Positions 49,101 to 61,589 are shown, counted from the whole stretch's first letter. The stretch: 63,966 bases of DNA, filler included, from Dirinaria sp. TL-2023a (GCA_051941275.1; 3 parts of 3 records of this genome joined end to end with filler, not necessarily neighbours in it); one strand, 5' to 3'. The notes: generated by a model not told the origin, from the sequence alone. Made by a program: numbers and translations.

Positions 49101-50976
49101 CGAGCGTTTCCATGGTATAGAGCACTAGGTGCCTTAAGCTTGTTGTCTGCTGGTGAAAGCCCTGACTCCTCTCGGAGTATTGTATCGCCTCGGCAACTAA
49201 GTCAAGCCCTCGGCTACGCACAGTTACTGGCTTGGTCGTGTCGAATGTAGATAGTTCCAGAAGCAAAACGAGGTGATAAAACCAGTTCTCGTTGTAGGGA
49301 AGGGTCAGGTGATCTTCGGTGATGTGGTCAAGGGCAAGGTGCAAAGCTATGTTCTGAGAAGAGCATCCAGCGTGGAGCAGGAGGTTGAGAACAAAGGCAC
49401 GTTGCATCTTGCCGAGGTAGTCCCATCTCGGCTCGAGTAGATATGCGAGTTCGAGCTGCTTTTTCTGGAAGTCCTTAAAGTCCTCATTGTCCTTATTGTC
49501 AGAAGCGCTGCAGTCCAGCCTCCTAACTACAAACTCGTGTAGTGGAGAGGACACTCTAATGTCATGGCACCGCTCAGAAATTTTGCCGCCTTGACCGCTA
49601 AGCTCGGACGGCTCATAGACAACGTCATATAAAGCGGACCAATCCGCTGCATCCAGCCTATCAAGACGCTGAAATGTAGTCAGGTCACTGAGGCAAACAA
49701 TCAATATTTGTAAACAGTCACTCCGAACCCGCAAACCGACTGACGAGACGGCCTGTAGTGGCTTGAGTAGTTGTTGAAAAGGTACCACGGGTAGCCCAGC
49801 TTCTCCCTTCGCTTCCACTATGTGCCTGATTGTCAGTACAGCGCCTCGGACCGTAACCGACTGTCGATGCCTAGTGGATTGAAGCAAGATTTTCAATATG
49901 GATTGAAGTATGAGAGAGTGGCTGTTCAAATTGAAAAGGTTGCAGAAACCTTGCCAGGTACTTGGCCCAGCTTCAGCATCGTTAGTACATGCGATGCCGG
50001 AAAGGACCTCCACAGAAGCTTGCAGCTTGTCAGCTGGTAATTGTAACGATTTTGTGATGCTGGAAAAAACAGCTGCAATCTGGTTAAGATCTCTTTGCTC
50101 GGTAGTCTTGTTGGCAATGAAGATGAGGTTTTCCACAAGCTGACCGTACTGATGTCCTGCGAAAAGTTCTGGGCTATGGGTTGAGATGTCCTGCAACAGA
50201 TGGAGTAGTTGTCCAAGCGCTTCTTCTTCAGGGATAAGGTCTTTCCCGCGGCGCGAGCGATTTTTCCTGAAGGCTGGGCGAGCCTCAAGTGTACCGTTAA
50301 AGATGTGATTTAACAGTTGTACGAATAGGGTAAGGATGTCCGATTCAAGTGGTTGAACAACACGCCCATCATGTAGCAGGGCTCTCAGTGCCAACAACTG
50401 AGGTTTCGAGTGGACGGGTGGGATAGGCGTCTTGATAATATTGTATAATCTGGCGCGTTCCTCGTCCTCAAGACCGGAATGACAGGACATGACCTGGAGG
50501 AGCTCATAGCAAGCCATCCGACCTTCCAGCTGGCTATCAGAGCTTGCAAGATCTTCCACGGCGTCTAGAATGGCCATGACAGTATCGACGGAGTAGTTCT
50601 CCAACTCAGAAGCTGCAGAGCCCATGGCTGTAAGTCTGTCTTTCAAAGGTCTGGCCCTGCCCATATTACTGAGGCATGCTTCAAGGGAGGAATTTTCCGG
50701 ATCTTGGCGTCTGCTGGAGCTGTCAACTTGCGGATTCGAGGCCAGGCCAGTGGCAATGCCTTCAGTGCTGCTGGTCGAGACCGCTGGCATTGTTGCAGAT
50801 TTTCGGCCACCGGCAAGATCTCTGACTCGCTTGGCCAGGCTCCGAGTAGAGGCCTCATTCTCCAGCGACTTGGGACTACGATTGGAGTCCATGCGACCTT
50901 CTGCACCATCATCCTCGGAGAGCTTAGGCGGCAAAGGTTTCAAACCTCCTTTCCTCGCTTTACCTAGTAGTTCCAT
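46186..50976 (-). CDS. TSC2: Tuberin (TSC2), Rheb GAP
   Basis: 1596-aa ORF with DWEIYSYVLVHLPSQL, HILEFL-like DILEFLAGL, and RapGAP domain GHKAGVIY...EIVFHVTTMMP...NKKRHIGNDFVNVIYN. Confidence 0.95.
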   Translation of the reverse strand: MELLGKARKGGLKPLPPKLSEDDGAEGRMDSNRSPKSLENEASTRSLAKRVRDLAGGRKSATMPAVSTSSTEGIATGLASNPQVDSSSRRQDPENSSLEACLSNMGRARPLKDRLTAMGSAASELENYSVDTVMAILDAVEDLASSDSQLEGRMACYELLQVMSCHSGLEDEERARLYNIIKTPIPPVHSKPQLLALRALLHDGRVVQPLESDILTLFVQLLNHIFNGTLEARPAFRKNRSRRGKDLIPEEEALGQLLHLLQDISTHSPELFAGHQYGQLVENLIFIANKTTEQRDLNQIAAVFSSITKSLQLPADKLQASVEVLSGIACTNDAEAGPSTWQGFCNLFNLNSHSLILQSILKILLQSTRHRQSVTVRGAVLTIRHIVEAKGEAGLPVVPFQQLLKPLQAVSSVGLRVRSDCLQILIVCLSDLTTFQRLDRLDAADWSALYDVVYEPSELSGQGGKISERCHDIRVSSPLHEFVVRRLDCSASDNKDNEDFKDFQKKQLELAYLLEPRWDYLGKMQRAFVLNLLLHAGCSSQNIALHLALDHITEDHLTLPYNENWFYHLVLLLELSTFDTTKPVTVRSRGLDLVAEAIQYSERSQGFHQQTTSLRHLVLYTMETLVNEQDVAIINIAADLGATYTWDKAGDVFEATLMFLSNAAGIEIQGSPQTLGAPASQENRATTHLVWMFLQCLQSFSENAKKLFEVLLGVARDKAVPTDARLTAMKLLTRVRCNFNFALKVVSVPDTLGLAATLYRTEASSQPYTLATNTVSSKGSIAAESPGARIGRSSGAEHTKPTRSRSTTRSGSARDRSFKAVPPLWMYPGSKGLPMDPPEEYSPGLFLHENASQLDQVEDIAVVPFGNWLEAILDVLHDGSDWEIYSYVLVHLPSQLSNVALFSKQEDFLQALHKLIMAQLRTGSFHEPPLSTGVKKGDIAVCLYHSLTVLVNYQEHFSREKLDETVRTFFYGIGMWDRAAKCCIHGLVLCAHEIPSNLRRSLLAIIQKMSQMITQSHLAVDILEFLAGLVRLPEAYQIAGPDSQDFLRTIFGICISYIHYSREQREKGKASVAVRSSHAPTRLSGLSNRSVSTSDAGKIADTQRDLPEYVSTLAYHTITFWFLAIDVRERFKHVGWIVKNLTWRDEFGRESMEDQSQVTLDMIHRTAYNDLGETRANEDFSDASGPIIKETWLYGMSIVTLETAQATGLTQITKRQASGTTHAMYQQYTAQLPPHHIEMPSTSTSGGADTTAKVFPQHVLLQLGFTIAPVPIPIQPILLPEDDTIKRAISSFDRNDTVDGHKAGVIYIAKGQSTETEILANSSGSQAYEDFLMGLGTRVCLQDAVFNTQGLDRANDTDGTHTYAWRDRVTEIVFHVTTMMPTNLDDDPKCINKKRHIGNDFVNVIYNDSGSPFNIDTFPSQFNFISIVITPEVVASGVPVLEEMGSARTSPHGAGPHDHVEMKDVMSYKVQTIGSLWFPQISPVATAMTVSAKVLPGFVRQLALNASVFSLVWSNREGRENISSWRNRLREIMKLRQRYANTGTSANVSYPGMGTAADRGGAPSYVDGDEWTGNLTMAGLAEQQNFLYSADFTRWN

Positions 50977-51790
50977 GATGTCAGAAAAGCGACTGGGTAA
51001 GTTTGTGGAGAAGAAGGGTGGGAGTGGGCATGCAAGAAACTGAGTGGGATAGAAAGCAGAAATAGGACAGCACCAGCAGTATTTAAGATCACGACTGTCC
51101 TACGCGCTTTATCACCGCAAAATATAAAAGTTTGTGCGCTATGCGTTTTTTCGTGGAACCCCACCCAGAATTGTGCGATTTAGGAGAATCGGGGCTTGAT
51201 CGTATCGGCTAGCTTACCGTGAAACCTCAAAAAAAAGATGGAAATTCAAATCTTCCAAGACCCAAGGCTAAACAGACTGGCATTGAGTTCTGCTGTAAGT
51301 TCTAGAGAGCTCTTATGTATTGTGAAGTGTTTATCCATACTGAAAACATCTTGATCATCACGAAAACAATCTGTCTGCATATATATTTAAGTAGACCATG
51401 CCACTTACTGTTGATGCGTGCGGATGGGTGTGGTCACAACTCAGTGCTGAAGGTGCTGAGCTAATGCTCCATATGTGCAACATCACATGCATTGGGCACT
51501 GTTCTCAACACGAGCATAGACTTGCTAACAGTCAAAATTGTCATAACGCATGATTGCTATACAGACAACACACAGCTACTTTGCTATTTGGCTAATCTGT
51601 TTGAGGGATGAGGTACTGACTTGGCGCCTAATCGCGATAAACGCCGGATGCACGGGCCGTCATTCTTCCACAGCTCTCTTGTATTGATTTTGAGCTACTT
51701 GCATAAACATTTTCATGGTCGCAATATTTCTGCAGCCAGCCATCATTGCTTGCTGTTCAAAAGCCCATCAGTGATCGAAGAGATCTACAA

Positions 51791-54700
51791 ATGGCTGGGG
51801 ACCATGAATGGTTCGCAGAGCAAAATAGAAATCGGCTGGCGGAGATTTTGAAAGCCAGTTTAGATCCGAGATCAAATAAAGAGGGTTGGTCTTCAGAGCA
51901 CAATTGCTGATGAACTACAAGCTGACTGTTGAAGCCGAAATTACACTCCTACAAGAGGAGAAGCAGCCGGGCTTTTCTGTAACTCTTTTACAGATCGTAG
52001 CAACACCGAGCTACGACGATGTCACACGCTTAGCAACATCTCTTTACTTCAAAAACTTTATAAGAAAATGGTGGACAGTAAGTGGGTACTATGACAAACA
52101 ACAGGCGCAGATTTTGACTGGGCTCTTTTCTCTACAGGATGAACAAGGCAACCACAAGCTTCCCCAGGGTGACGTTCAAACAATCAAACACGAGCTCATC
52201 GCTTTGATGACCTCGGCCAAACCAAGTATTCAATTCCAGCTGGGCGAAGCGATTGCAGTCATCGCCGACAGTGATTTCTGGGATCGATGGGACACATTGG
52301 TTGATGTAGGGGACCGCATGGAGCAAAGGCAGACCAGATCAAGCTGATTCTGCCTAGGACCTAGTGTCACGGTTGAATTTGGACGACCTTACCGTCAATA
52401 ATGGAGTACTCCAAGTGGGACACACCATATTCAGCCGCTGGCGACCCCTCTACCGCTCGGATAGGCTTTTTACAGAGATAAATCACGTCCTCGAGAAGTT
52501 CGGTGAACCGTTCCTAATTCAGCTCCAAGTAAGGCTTCGCTCTATCATTGCCTTTGATACACATCGTCTAATATGCCCATCTTTTAGGGTGTAGATTCTC
52601 GAATTGAGCAAAACCGATCTAATAAAGAGGCATTATCGCCGCTATTTGCAGCGCTAAACTTGCTTATGAAGCTCTTATATGATCTTTCTATACAAGATTT
52701 GCCGCCAATTTTTGAGGATAACTTTGGAGCGATCATGTCACTTCTCCATAAGTACGTTATTTTCCAGAGTGACCTACTTGAAACGAATGACGAAAGCCAA
52801 GCGGGCCCGCTTGAACTTGTGAAGTCGGAAATCTTTATGGCTCTGAGCCTTTATGCGCAAAAGTTCGACGAAGACTTCGGTCCACATGTTGGAGAATTTG
52901 TGGAAAGCTCATGGAATTTGCTTACCACCATAGGATCTGAAACGAAGTATGACATCTTGGTCAGTAGAGCGTTAGGCTTCCTGACCTCCGTGACCAACAA
53001 TCAGAAGCACGCCCAGAACTTCAATGAAGAGGCAATCGCAAGCCAGGTTATAGAGAAAGTCATTCTACCGAATATCGTTCTTCGAGATTCTGACGTTGAG
53101 CTTCTTGAGGACGATCCGATCGAATATATTAGGAACGACTTGGAAGGTTTGGATTCCGAAACACGAAGAAGAGCTGCAATAGACTTCCTGAAGCAGCTCT
53201 TGGCACACTTCCCGCAGATGATCACGAACTTGGTCTTCAGATACATCCATCACTTCCTCTCCGAATACTCAGTCAATCCCAAGGCCAATTGGAAGTCCAA
53301 AGATACCGCTATCTACCTCTTCGTATCACTTGCTGTTAAGGGCACTATTACCGCAAGTCAGGGTGCCAAGAATATCAACGAACTTGTGGACGTCGTAGAC
53401 TTCTTCCAGAAAAATGTTGCGAAGGATCTCATTTCAGACACAGGCATCGAACCAATCTTAAAGGTTGACGCAATCAAGTATCTGTACATATTCAGAAGCC
53501 AAATAAGTCAAGCTCAATGGCACGACGCTTTTCCATTGCTAGTAAAGCATCTTGGATCATCCGAGTATGTTATCTACTCTTACGCTGCGTTGGCTCTGGA
53601 GCGGGTCATGGCGCTTTATACAGACGCAGGGCAGCCAGTCATTCGTCAAGACAGTGTGAAGCCATTGTCTGACCAGCTGTTGCAGCACCTTTTCAAGCTT
53701 ATTGAGAAGGATTCGAATGCTGCAAAGATGCAAGAGAATGAATTCCTCATGCGTTGTCTTATGAGGGTATTAATAGTAATCCGAGATGGCGTCATACCTA
53801 TGGTGGATCGGATATTTTCCCATTTGGTGAATATTACACATATAATCGCCGCCAATCCCTCCAATCCTCGGTTCTATTACTACCATTTTGAGGCCATTGG
53901 CGCTCTGGTACGGTAAGCCAGAATTATAGCACAGCCATATAGGAAAGTGCTAATCGCTTGAGCATCTTAGCTTTGCTGCCCCATCTGAGCCGGAACGCTT
54001 CGAGAATCAGCTCTATGACGCGTTCGCCGGGATACTATACAAGAACATCGAAGGTGAATTGACACAAGTACTTCTAGTCGCCGTCTGACTTTGTCATAGA
54101 GTTCGTGCCATATATTTTTCAGATCCTAGCAGCTGCTCTAGAGTCAAATCGGTCGGCCAATCTGCCGCCCAATTACGTGTCGTTGATCGGGCCGGTCCTT
54201 AACCCTCAGCTTTGGTTGATGCGAGGCAATGTTCCGGCGCTCGTCCGTCTTTTGACTGATGTAATACCCCGTGCAGCAAACGAGTTCGCACGGGCAGACC
54301 AATTAGAGCAGCTGCTGGCAATCTTTCAGCGATTGGTATCCACCAAAATAAATGAGATTCAAGGATTTGAACTTCTTGAATGTATCATAGCTAATATCCC
54401 TGTGTAAGTTTCCTCTGTCTCAATAGTATGGCCTTGTACTTAATTACCTTTTTAGCGGCATCTTAGCGACCTATTTTCAAAACATTCTGCAGCTGCTTCT
54501 TACGCGCCTACAAAACTCCAAGACGGAGGTATTTACGCAGAGATTTGTACATTTCTATCATTTTGTCTCTGCCAGAGCCGACCATGGCTTGGGAGCAGAC
54601 TTCTTTATCAGTGCGAGCGAGCAATTACAGGAAGGGTAAGAGGTTCACAATGATGCAATGTCACTGGGGACTAATTGGGTGCACTAGAATTTTTGTCCAG

Positions 54701-55123
54701 CTTTACCTGACGATAATTCTACCTACCACTGAAAACTTCCCTCGCCCTTCGGACCGGAAAGCCGCCGTGATTTCATTTACCCGTACCCTCATCAGCTCGA
54801 ACGCTTTCGCCCAGAGGTACAAGAAAGGCTGGGCTTTGACTGTCCAAGCATTGCTTAAGCTCCTGGCAAATCCGCCTTTACCACCAGCTGTGGTTGATAT
54901 TATCGTTGAACAAGACGTAGATGATATGAGTTTTGGAGTTGGCTTCACACAATTGACGACAATAAAGAAGCCAGTAGTCGACCCGTGGCCGGAGATTACG
55001 GACGTTAAGGCCTGGGTGAGTCAGGAATTGCGGAAGAATGCACGCCAGATGGCAGAATATGCTCAGGAAAGGCCCCTGGATGATCAAGCTAAAAGGATCT
55101 TTGCGTCCTATGTGCAAGGATAG
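51791..55123 (+). CDS. CSE1: Importin-alpha re-exporter Cse1/exportin-2 (about 9 exons)
   Basis: LKASLDPRSNKE|AEITL, LYFKNFI, RLFTEINHVL, QDLPPIFEDN, EDDPIEYIRNDLEG.D.ETRRRAA, ENEFLMRC, NPSNPRFYYYHFE. Confidence 0.96.
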
Positions 55124-55784
55124 CACCAACAGCCGAAATTCAGAAAGAAGGGTTTTCGAAAGCACTACTACAGCTGTACTAGAGACCAAAAGTGCCAGTA
55201 CTCAGGGTTTGAAGGATTATATAGCAGACCGCATCCCTGTTCTGGATCTGCAGTCACACGCGGTACCCTCCCAACCATTGTAAATTACATCAGGTAGCCG
55301 AGAAAGTTCAGCTTAAAAAATGGCGGTACGCGTCCACCACGAGAACTGCGCTATGCGATAGGAACATCGACTTCCCTCCCAAATTTGTAGATTTGCCCAA
55401 AGTAGGAAGGACGAAGATGAGCTTCTTGTTTCTGTAAAGACTACGACTTGGACGGCTGGAGAAGGCAACGTGCCTTTGGTTTGATGACTTGCCTTGGATC
55501 TTGTTGAGCCTAGTCGAAGGCCCAGATGTTGTAAGGTACCCGAGGTACCTTGAGAACTGTCCTTTTTAGGTTTGACTGGTGTCCAACGAACATTGTACTA
55601 CTCAATGTAGGGTTTCATAGATGATCTGCGGGGATTGCTCGTGTACTTTGGTCAGGCAAAAGACCGGAGTTGCAAGAACTTGTCATCTCTCGGTGCCTTG
55701 GTAAAGTGTGTCAAACATAATTATTCTTGGTCTAATATTTATCGTTGTTGGAGGCTTCGAAAATCTTATAGCGGTCTAGGGATA

Positions 55785-56708
55785 ATGTCACGAGCCGATT
55801 ACTTCCGTACACCACATGGGAATATCTTTTGGTCATACGAGGCGGCTCAAAATGCTGGAGCCCCGCGACCGACGTTACTATTCATACACGCGGGCGTTTC
55901 TGATCACACGCTTTGGGATGAACAGGTCTCATATTTCTCAGGACAAGGTTGGCCTGTGCTCAGATACGATGTCTTTGGCTACGGGCGTTCAAAGCCTACA
56001 AGCGACTATCTAAAGTCCGAGCCCCGACCCATCGTCAAGCACTATGAGCACGCAGCTAGTATCGTCAAGCACCTGATCTCGATGAATACGGCGCTCGCAG
56101 GGAGCCCGGAGGCATTCAGCGACAAAGTCGTAGCAGTGGGACTGAGCCGTGGTGGTGGGATTGCCATCGAGCTCGCCGTTGCATACCCCGAGCTTGTATC
56201 CGGGCTCGTGGTAGTCGCCGGTGGGTTGACGGGTATACTTACTTCCAACGCACCCGAAGAAGACGCGTTGTTGGGACAGTACTTCAGCTCTCTGAAGGCT
56301 GGGGATGTGGAGAAAGGGGCCTCTATATTCACCCACTACTGGGGAGACGGCCCTTTAGTCAAAGTAGGCCGGGTGGGAGAGGATGTGAGAGGGAAGCTTT
56401 ATGCTTGGTGCGAAGATATCACGAGAAGAGAAGTCAATAGAACCGGGGGCGCTTTCTGTATCCCATTCGAAGGCCCGGAGCCACCGGCTGCGGAGCGCTT
56501 GTCCGAGATCCGAGTTCCTGTGGCTATCGCTACAGGGAAGTACGATGAGACCAGCACGACGGATGGCTCAAAGGTGATCGCGCAGAAATTGGAAGCAAAG
56601 GTGGAAGTCAAGGAATTCGAGACGGCGCACATGATCAATCTCGAAGAGGGAAAGGAGTTCAATGGTTGGGTGGAGAAGTATCTTCATAGCTGGATACTTG
56701 AGACTTGA
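55785..56708 (+). CDS. Alpha/beta-fold hydrolase (intronless)
   Basis: FIHAG, RYDVFGYGRS, nucleophile elbow GLSRGG, GKYD and TAHMINLE (Ser-Asp-His triad). Confidence 0.9.
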   Translation: MSRADYFRTPHGNIFWSYEAAQNAGAPRPTLLFIHAGVSDHTLWDEQVSYFSGQGWPVLRYDVFGYGRSKPTSDYLKSEPRPIVKHYEHAASIVKHLISMNTALAGSPEAFSDKVVAVGLSRGGGIAIELAVAYPELVSGLVVVAGGLTGILTSNAPEEDALLGQYFSSLKAGDVEKGASIFTHYWGDGPLVKVGRVGEDVRGKLYAWCEDITRREVNRTGGAFCIPFEGPEPPAAERLSEIRVPVAIATGKYDETSTTDGSKVIAQKLEAKVEVKEFETAHMINLEEGKEFNGWVEKYLHSWILET

Positions 56709-58477
56709 GGTACATATGTATGTAAGATTATTTTAGGTAGGTAAGTAAGGGAGTAAAGGGGGCTCGAGGGAACGTCCCGCGGCAAGGTTGTGACCAGATG
56801 CGGGTAATAATGCTTTCCCATCGATGCGTTGAGTCCATTATTGTTCGAAGGCATCTATCTGTCTACAGTATGTGTACACACGTGACTGGCAGAAATTGTC
56901 ACATGTCATTATTATTTGGAGGGAGTCCCCTAGCCTTGCTTAAGAGCTGCATTAAGGAATGGAGAATCAAAGATCATTATCACCGAACCGGCAGCTGACC
57001 GGCTCTCAAGAAGCAGCTGACTTCGAGCTCTTTCTATTGTCGGTTAGAGGTGTCGAAGGATGTATTGCGAATAACGGGGAGTGTTACTATCATCTGGTGG
57101 CAAATGGGAGGAGGTTGAAGGTGCTCTTCTCTTTTTTCACACACACACCATACCTTACTTTACATACTTTACCTACAGTATCTCCCCCTCCCCAGCCAGT
57201 AGTAGTGGTGTTGTGTGCAGACAATAATATTCCACCAGGCCCCTTCTCACCTTATTATTTGCCCCGCATGCATTCTGGTGAAGTGCCCGACCCACCAATC
57301 AGCCGCCATCCACCAAGCATGGCCCGTTATTAGCCCGTCGTTAGCCCGTTGCGTTAGCGGCGCGACTCCCCGCCAAGTCCTCCCCATCTTCAACTATCAC
57401 CCCGTGACTTGGGAATCCCGCATCCACCACTCCGGTCAATCCACCGAAAAAGGTATCCAAAACGTGCTCCATGTCGACCTGATCAAATATTGACATTGTT
57501 ACTATCTAGCAAAGTCTCATATCTGCATTCCCTCCAATATCAGATCATCTGCCACCCGTCCCCCCCCTATTCCCGGCCTCTTCCAAACAAAAAAAAAAAA
57601 GATACCCGTCGGCTTAACAAGATCACCCTCCTCGAACCCTCTTAGCTCCAATCTTAATACCAAAACACGATTGAGGTGACGCGCGTGATCAGGGTAGGTT
57701 ATCTCGACCTCCCATTTCTTTCGGTGTCTACTGCTTCTAGATCGCCTTAACACAGAACATCGTTGATCGCGAGTCCATCAAGTGCGAAAGCTTTGGCTGT
57801 CGTTGCTCCCTCTCATGGAGTCATGCCCACGGTGGCTTCCGAAGATGCCGCAGTGAGCGCTTGATCGGAATTTCCGTCAGAGATCGCTTTGGGTCGTCGC
57901 AGCGCTGAAGTATGTCCTTGCTCCAAAGGTCGGAACGAAGACGTGCCATCAACTAGGGCATCCCGCTTGCTTGCATGACTCGTGATGCATACACAGCGTA
58001 CCACGTGTTGAACGACTGCTGATATGTTGGCTTGATAGGGCTGATCCCGATCCTTTTCAAGGGACGTTCGCGCAAACTATACCCCAGGAGTGCGCCCGAA
58101 AAGTACCCGACAAGCTTATCCCAAACTCGTGGACTTGTGCAATCTGCAAACCGTCGGGTAGCTTATTTGCCTTGCCGTCTTGCTGTTCAAGGCCACCTAG
58201 ATTCAGGTACGTTCCCGCCGACGAGCTCTTGCCGTGCCCTTGGATTAAAAGAGCTTGAGATACGGAGCTCAGCAGGCGGCATGGTGACACATAGCATACC
58301 ACAAAAGCCCGTTGCCATGATATAAGGACTTCAAAATGGCTCCCATTGTGTGACTGGATATTGGCTAACAGATCGGGTTTCTAGTCCTGCTTTTACCTGG
58401 AGCGGCATTGTCATTCGATTTCCGCCTGTCTTATGCCCAATCCTTTGGCATACCGGAGCCACTCTGTCGCTGGAAAC

Positions 58478-59443
58478 ATGGATTCTACGGTACAGGAGAG
58501 AGCGGCCACAGCAGTGGAGAACGCTTTGCAGGAGCTTAAAGCCTCCAACAAGCGAAAGCGGGATGCCTCGGACCATGGCGGAGAGGGAAAGAAACGAGGA
58601 TCAACATCGAGCAACGTCAACGGTAACGGCCACGAAGACTGGACCACCTCAGATCAAGACTTTTCTGCGCTGTCTCAGCAATTGGCGCGTCACTCCGGAA
58701 CACCACAACATGGCCAGGGAAATCACAATACACCCGGTTCGACCGCCGCTGCTGCGCTTGCCGGCATGATGCCCACCTTGACAGTTCCCCAGCCAACTGA
58801 TATCTCTTTCGCAAGTACTGCCACCGTAAGCGATGGTGATCGCCAGCTCGACTCCTCATTCGATATGGGTGGCCCGGAAAACGAGCAGAATCACCATTCT
58901 CAGGGAACCCCATACAATCTTGGGAATTTCCAAGGGACTGCCGCTCAAGTACAAGCGGCGCGAGAGTCAGCAAATGCAGGTATCAAGCCAGCCGTTGGGT
59001 CTGCGGAATGGCATAAGGTTCGAAAAGATAATCACAAGGAAGGTCAGTTATAACCCGCCCATATGTGTGACTCAACTAAAACTTTCCAAGTGGAGAGAAG
59101 GCGTCGAGAAACAATTAATGAGGGGATCAATGAACTTGCAAAAATTGTCCCAGGGTGCGAAAAAAACAAAGGCTCAATACTGCAGCGTGCGGTCCAGTAC
59201 ATCACTCAGCTGCGAAACAATGAGAGCCAAAACATCGACAAATGGACGTTTGAAAAGGTCCTGACGGACCAAGCTCTGCAAAACGTTTCGGCCAAGAACG
59301 ACACCCTCAGGACCAAATTGAATCGGGCACGCTCGGACGCAGAAAAGTACAAGAAGATATGTCGTGATGCAGGCTTAAATCTAGAAAATGACGATGATGA
59401 TGAAGACGACGCGGGGGATACAGATGCAGATGGGGATTCATGA
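58478..59443 (+). CDS. CBF1: bHLH-ZIP transcription factor Cbf1/Cpf1; intron 59043-59090 (alternative in-frame ATG at 58433)
   Basis: KPAVGSAEWHKVRKDNHKE|VERRRRETINEGINELAKIVPGCEKNKGSILQRAVQYI...NIDKWTFEK. Confidence 0.92.
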
Positions 59444-60565
59444 CTGGAGTCCTTGGCGAAATTCCACATCCGACATGCAGGTAGTCATATTTGACTCCCA
59501 GAACTTGCACTAGCTGGCCCCTGGGATACCCAAATGCGTCGGCGGAGCGAGCTCTCCTGCGGAATCTGCTGCTTGGTTTCTCGAGAAAATTTCCAGCTTG
59601 CCAAAATTGGGAATTCTCCAATTTGGAATGATGGATTTCGGCATTTTGGCAACCGAAATCCTAACATCAGCATCTGAAGCCCATGTGGCTACGAAGCTGT
59701 AGGTTCATTACGATATGGACCTCCAATATCCAGCGAAGGCGTTTCTATATCTTGTCATAGGCACTGAATTTTCGCTAGGCTGGCAATGCTTGGCTGCGTG
59801 GCGTTGTTGGCTTTCTTCTTACACTGTCATTGGTATGCGACTTCCGAAGCATATTGAAGTCCTGTTGATAGAAGGGTTGGAATAACTAGGGCAGATGGCA
59901 AGATTCCCAAGCGGTTGGACCATGTGGGGCTTGATCCAATTGGTACAAAGCATAGGCATGCTTTTCATCGAGAATCTAAAGGAATATCCATGTCCTCTAC
60001 TGTCATATTCTAGCTGTCAAGCCGCAGTTGTTGACAAGCATCAACAGAATTATTTCCGATCCATAACGGATCTGAAACACGTGATGAAGTAGCACAAGTA
60101 TGATAAACCACAGTCTAAACTTTTACCCTCTGCGGTAATCATGTAATCCGTAACCTAATATTCGAGATCGCATTGCACAAGATGTCGAGGATCTGAAAGA
60201 CAGATTTGGAGAGATTCATAGAGCAATCATGTGTCCCTTCCAAACTGAGTGTAGTCCTGGCAAGCACGGGGCAGTGTCTACCTTAAGGATTAGCTCGTTC
60301 CTACTCCATGCTTTGACCCTAGTTCGTCACTCAATGTGACAGGATGATGTGCAAGATACAACATTCGTTCTGAAACATTCGCTGCGAAAGAGTGAATGCC
60401 TTCTTTAATCCAATAATCGAATAATCTCTCTCTTACAGCCTACGCTCTTGAACAATGGCTTTCGCCGAGCATTCAGCTTCTATAGCTTCTATAGTCCTAG
60501 TTAGCTAACACAGGATCCAGCCGTTCTATATACTACGGCGCAGCGAACCTTCACAATTGTGCAAC

Positions 60566-61589
60566 ATGCGCATTGCGTGCTTACAGTTCTCGCCAAAGCT
60601 TGGTGATGTGCAAGCCAATATAGATCGAGCAGATCTCCTGCTCAAACAAGCCTTGCCCCAGGAATATGGCCTGCTGGTGCTTCCCGAGCTTGCATTTTCA
60701 GGTCTGCCTCGCCTCCGCAGGTGCACAAGTGAGCTAATTGGACCAAGGCTACAATTTTCCGTCCCTCGAAGCTATCAAGCCTTATCTCGAGCCAAGTGGT
60801 GCTGGCCCCTCCTCGGAATGGGCTAGGAATACTGCAAAGCGTTTGCGATGTGTTGTGACGGTTGGCTATCCAGAAATCGCCTCTACCAACGCTGAATGTA
60901 GTCAAGCGACTTCCGAGAATAGTACTGCACCAGCGTCACTCTGCTATAATTCCACAATTACCGTGTCTGCTGAAGGCGAAACCCTAGCGCACTATCGCAA
61001 GACCCATCTATACTACACGGATGAGACATGGGCTCAAGAGTCGGATACTAAATGGCTGACGACTACTCTACCAATTGGGCCTGCTCCTCTGACAGACCTA
61101 TCGACTCGAGAAGGATCAGACCTGAGCCCGGTAATCACCACTTTCGGCATCTGCATGGACCTCAATCCCTATCAATTTACCGCGTCTTGGACACTGTATG
61201 AGCTAGCAATGCATACGCTTTCGACGGGCACACAACTCTTATCCCTCTCCATGAGCTGGCTCACTAATTTGTCAAGCACTGAACTGACTACATCGACCAA
61301 GCAACCGGACCTTGATACCCTCAATTACTGGATCGAGCGGATAGTACCTCTGGTTGAAAGTAAGGATGAAGAGGTTATTGTGATATTCGCCAATCGTTGT
61401 GGCGAAGAGCCGGGTGACGTCCGGTATGCGGGTTCCAGCTGGGTAGGCAAGGTAGGGAAGGGGAAAATCAAGATATGGGATATCGCTGGCAGAGATGAAG
61501 AGAGAGTTATAAATGTGGATACGAGAGACGATCCTGAATGGACGCTGCAAACAGTAGATCGTGAAGCAGTGGATTCGACGCTTCAATAA
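60566..61589 (+). CDS. NTA1: Protein N-terminal amidase (nitrilase / carbon-nitrogen hydrolase); intron 60702-60747
   Basis: MRIACLQF, LVLPELAFSG|YNF, HYRKTHLYYTDETWA, GICMDLNPY (E-K-C triad), ANRCGEE...YAGSS. Confidence 0.92.
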
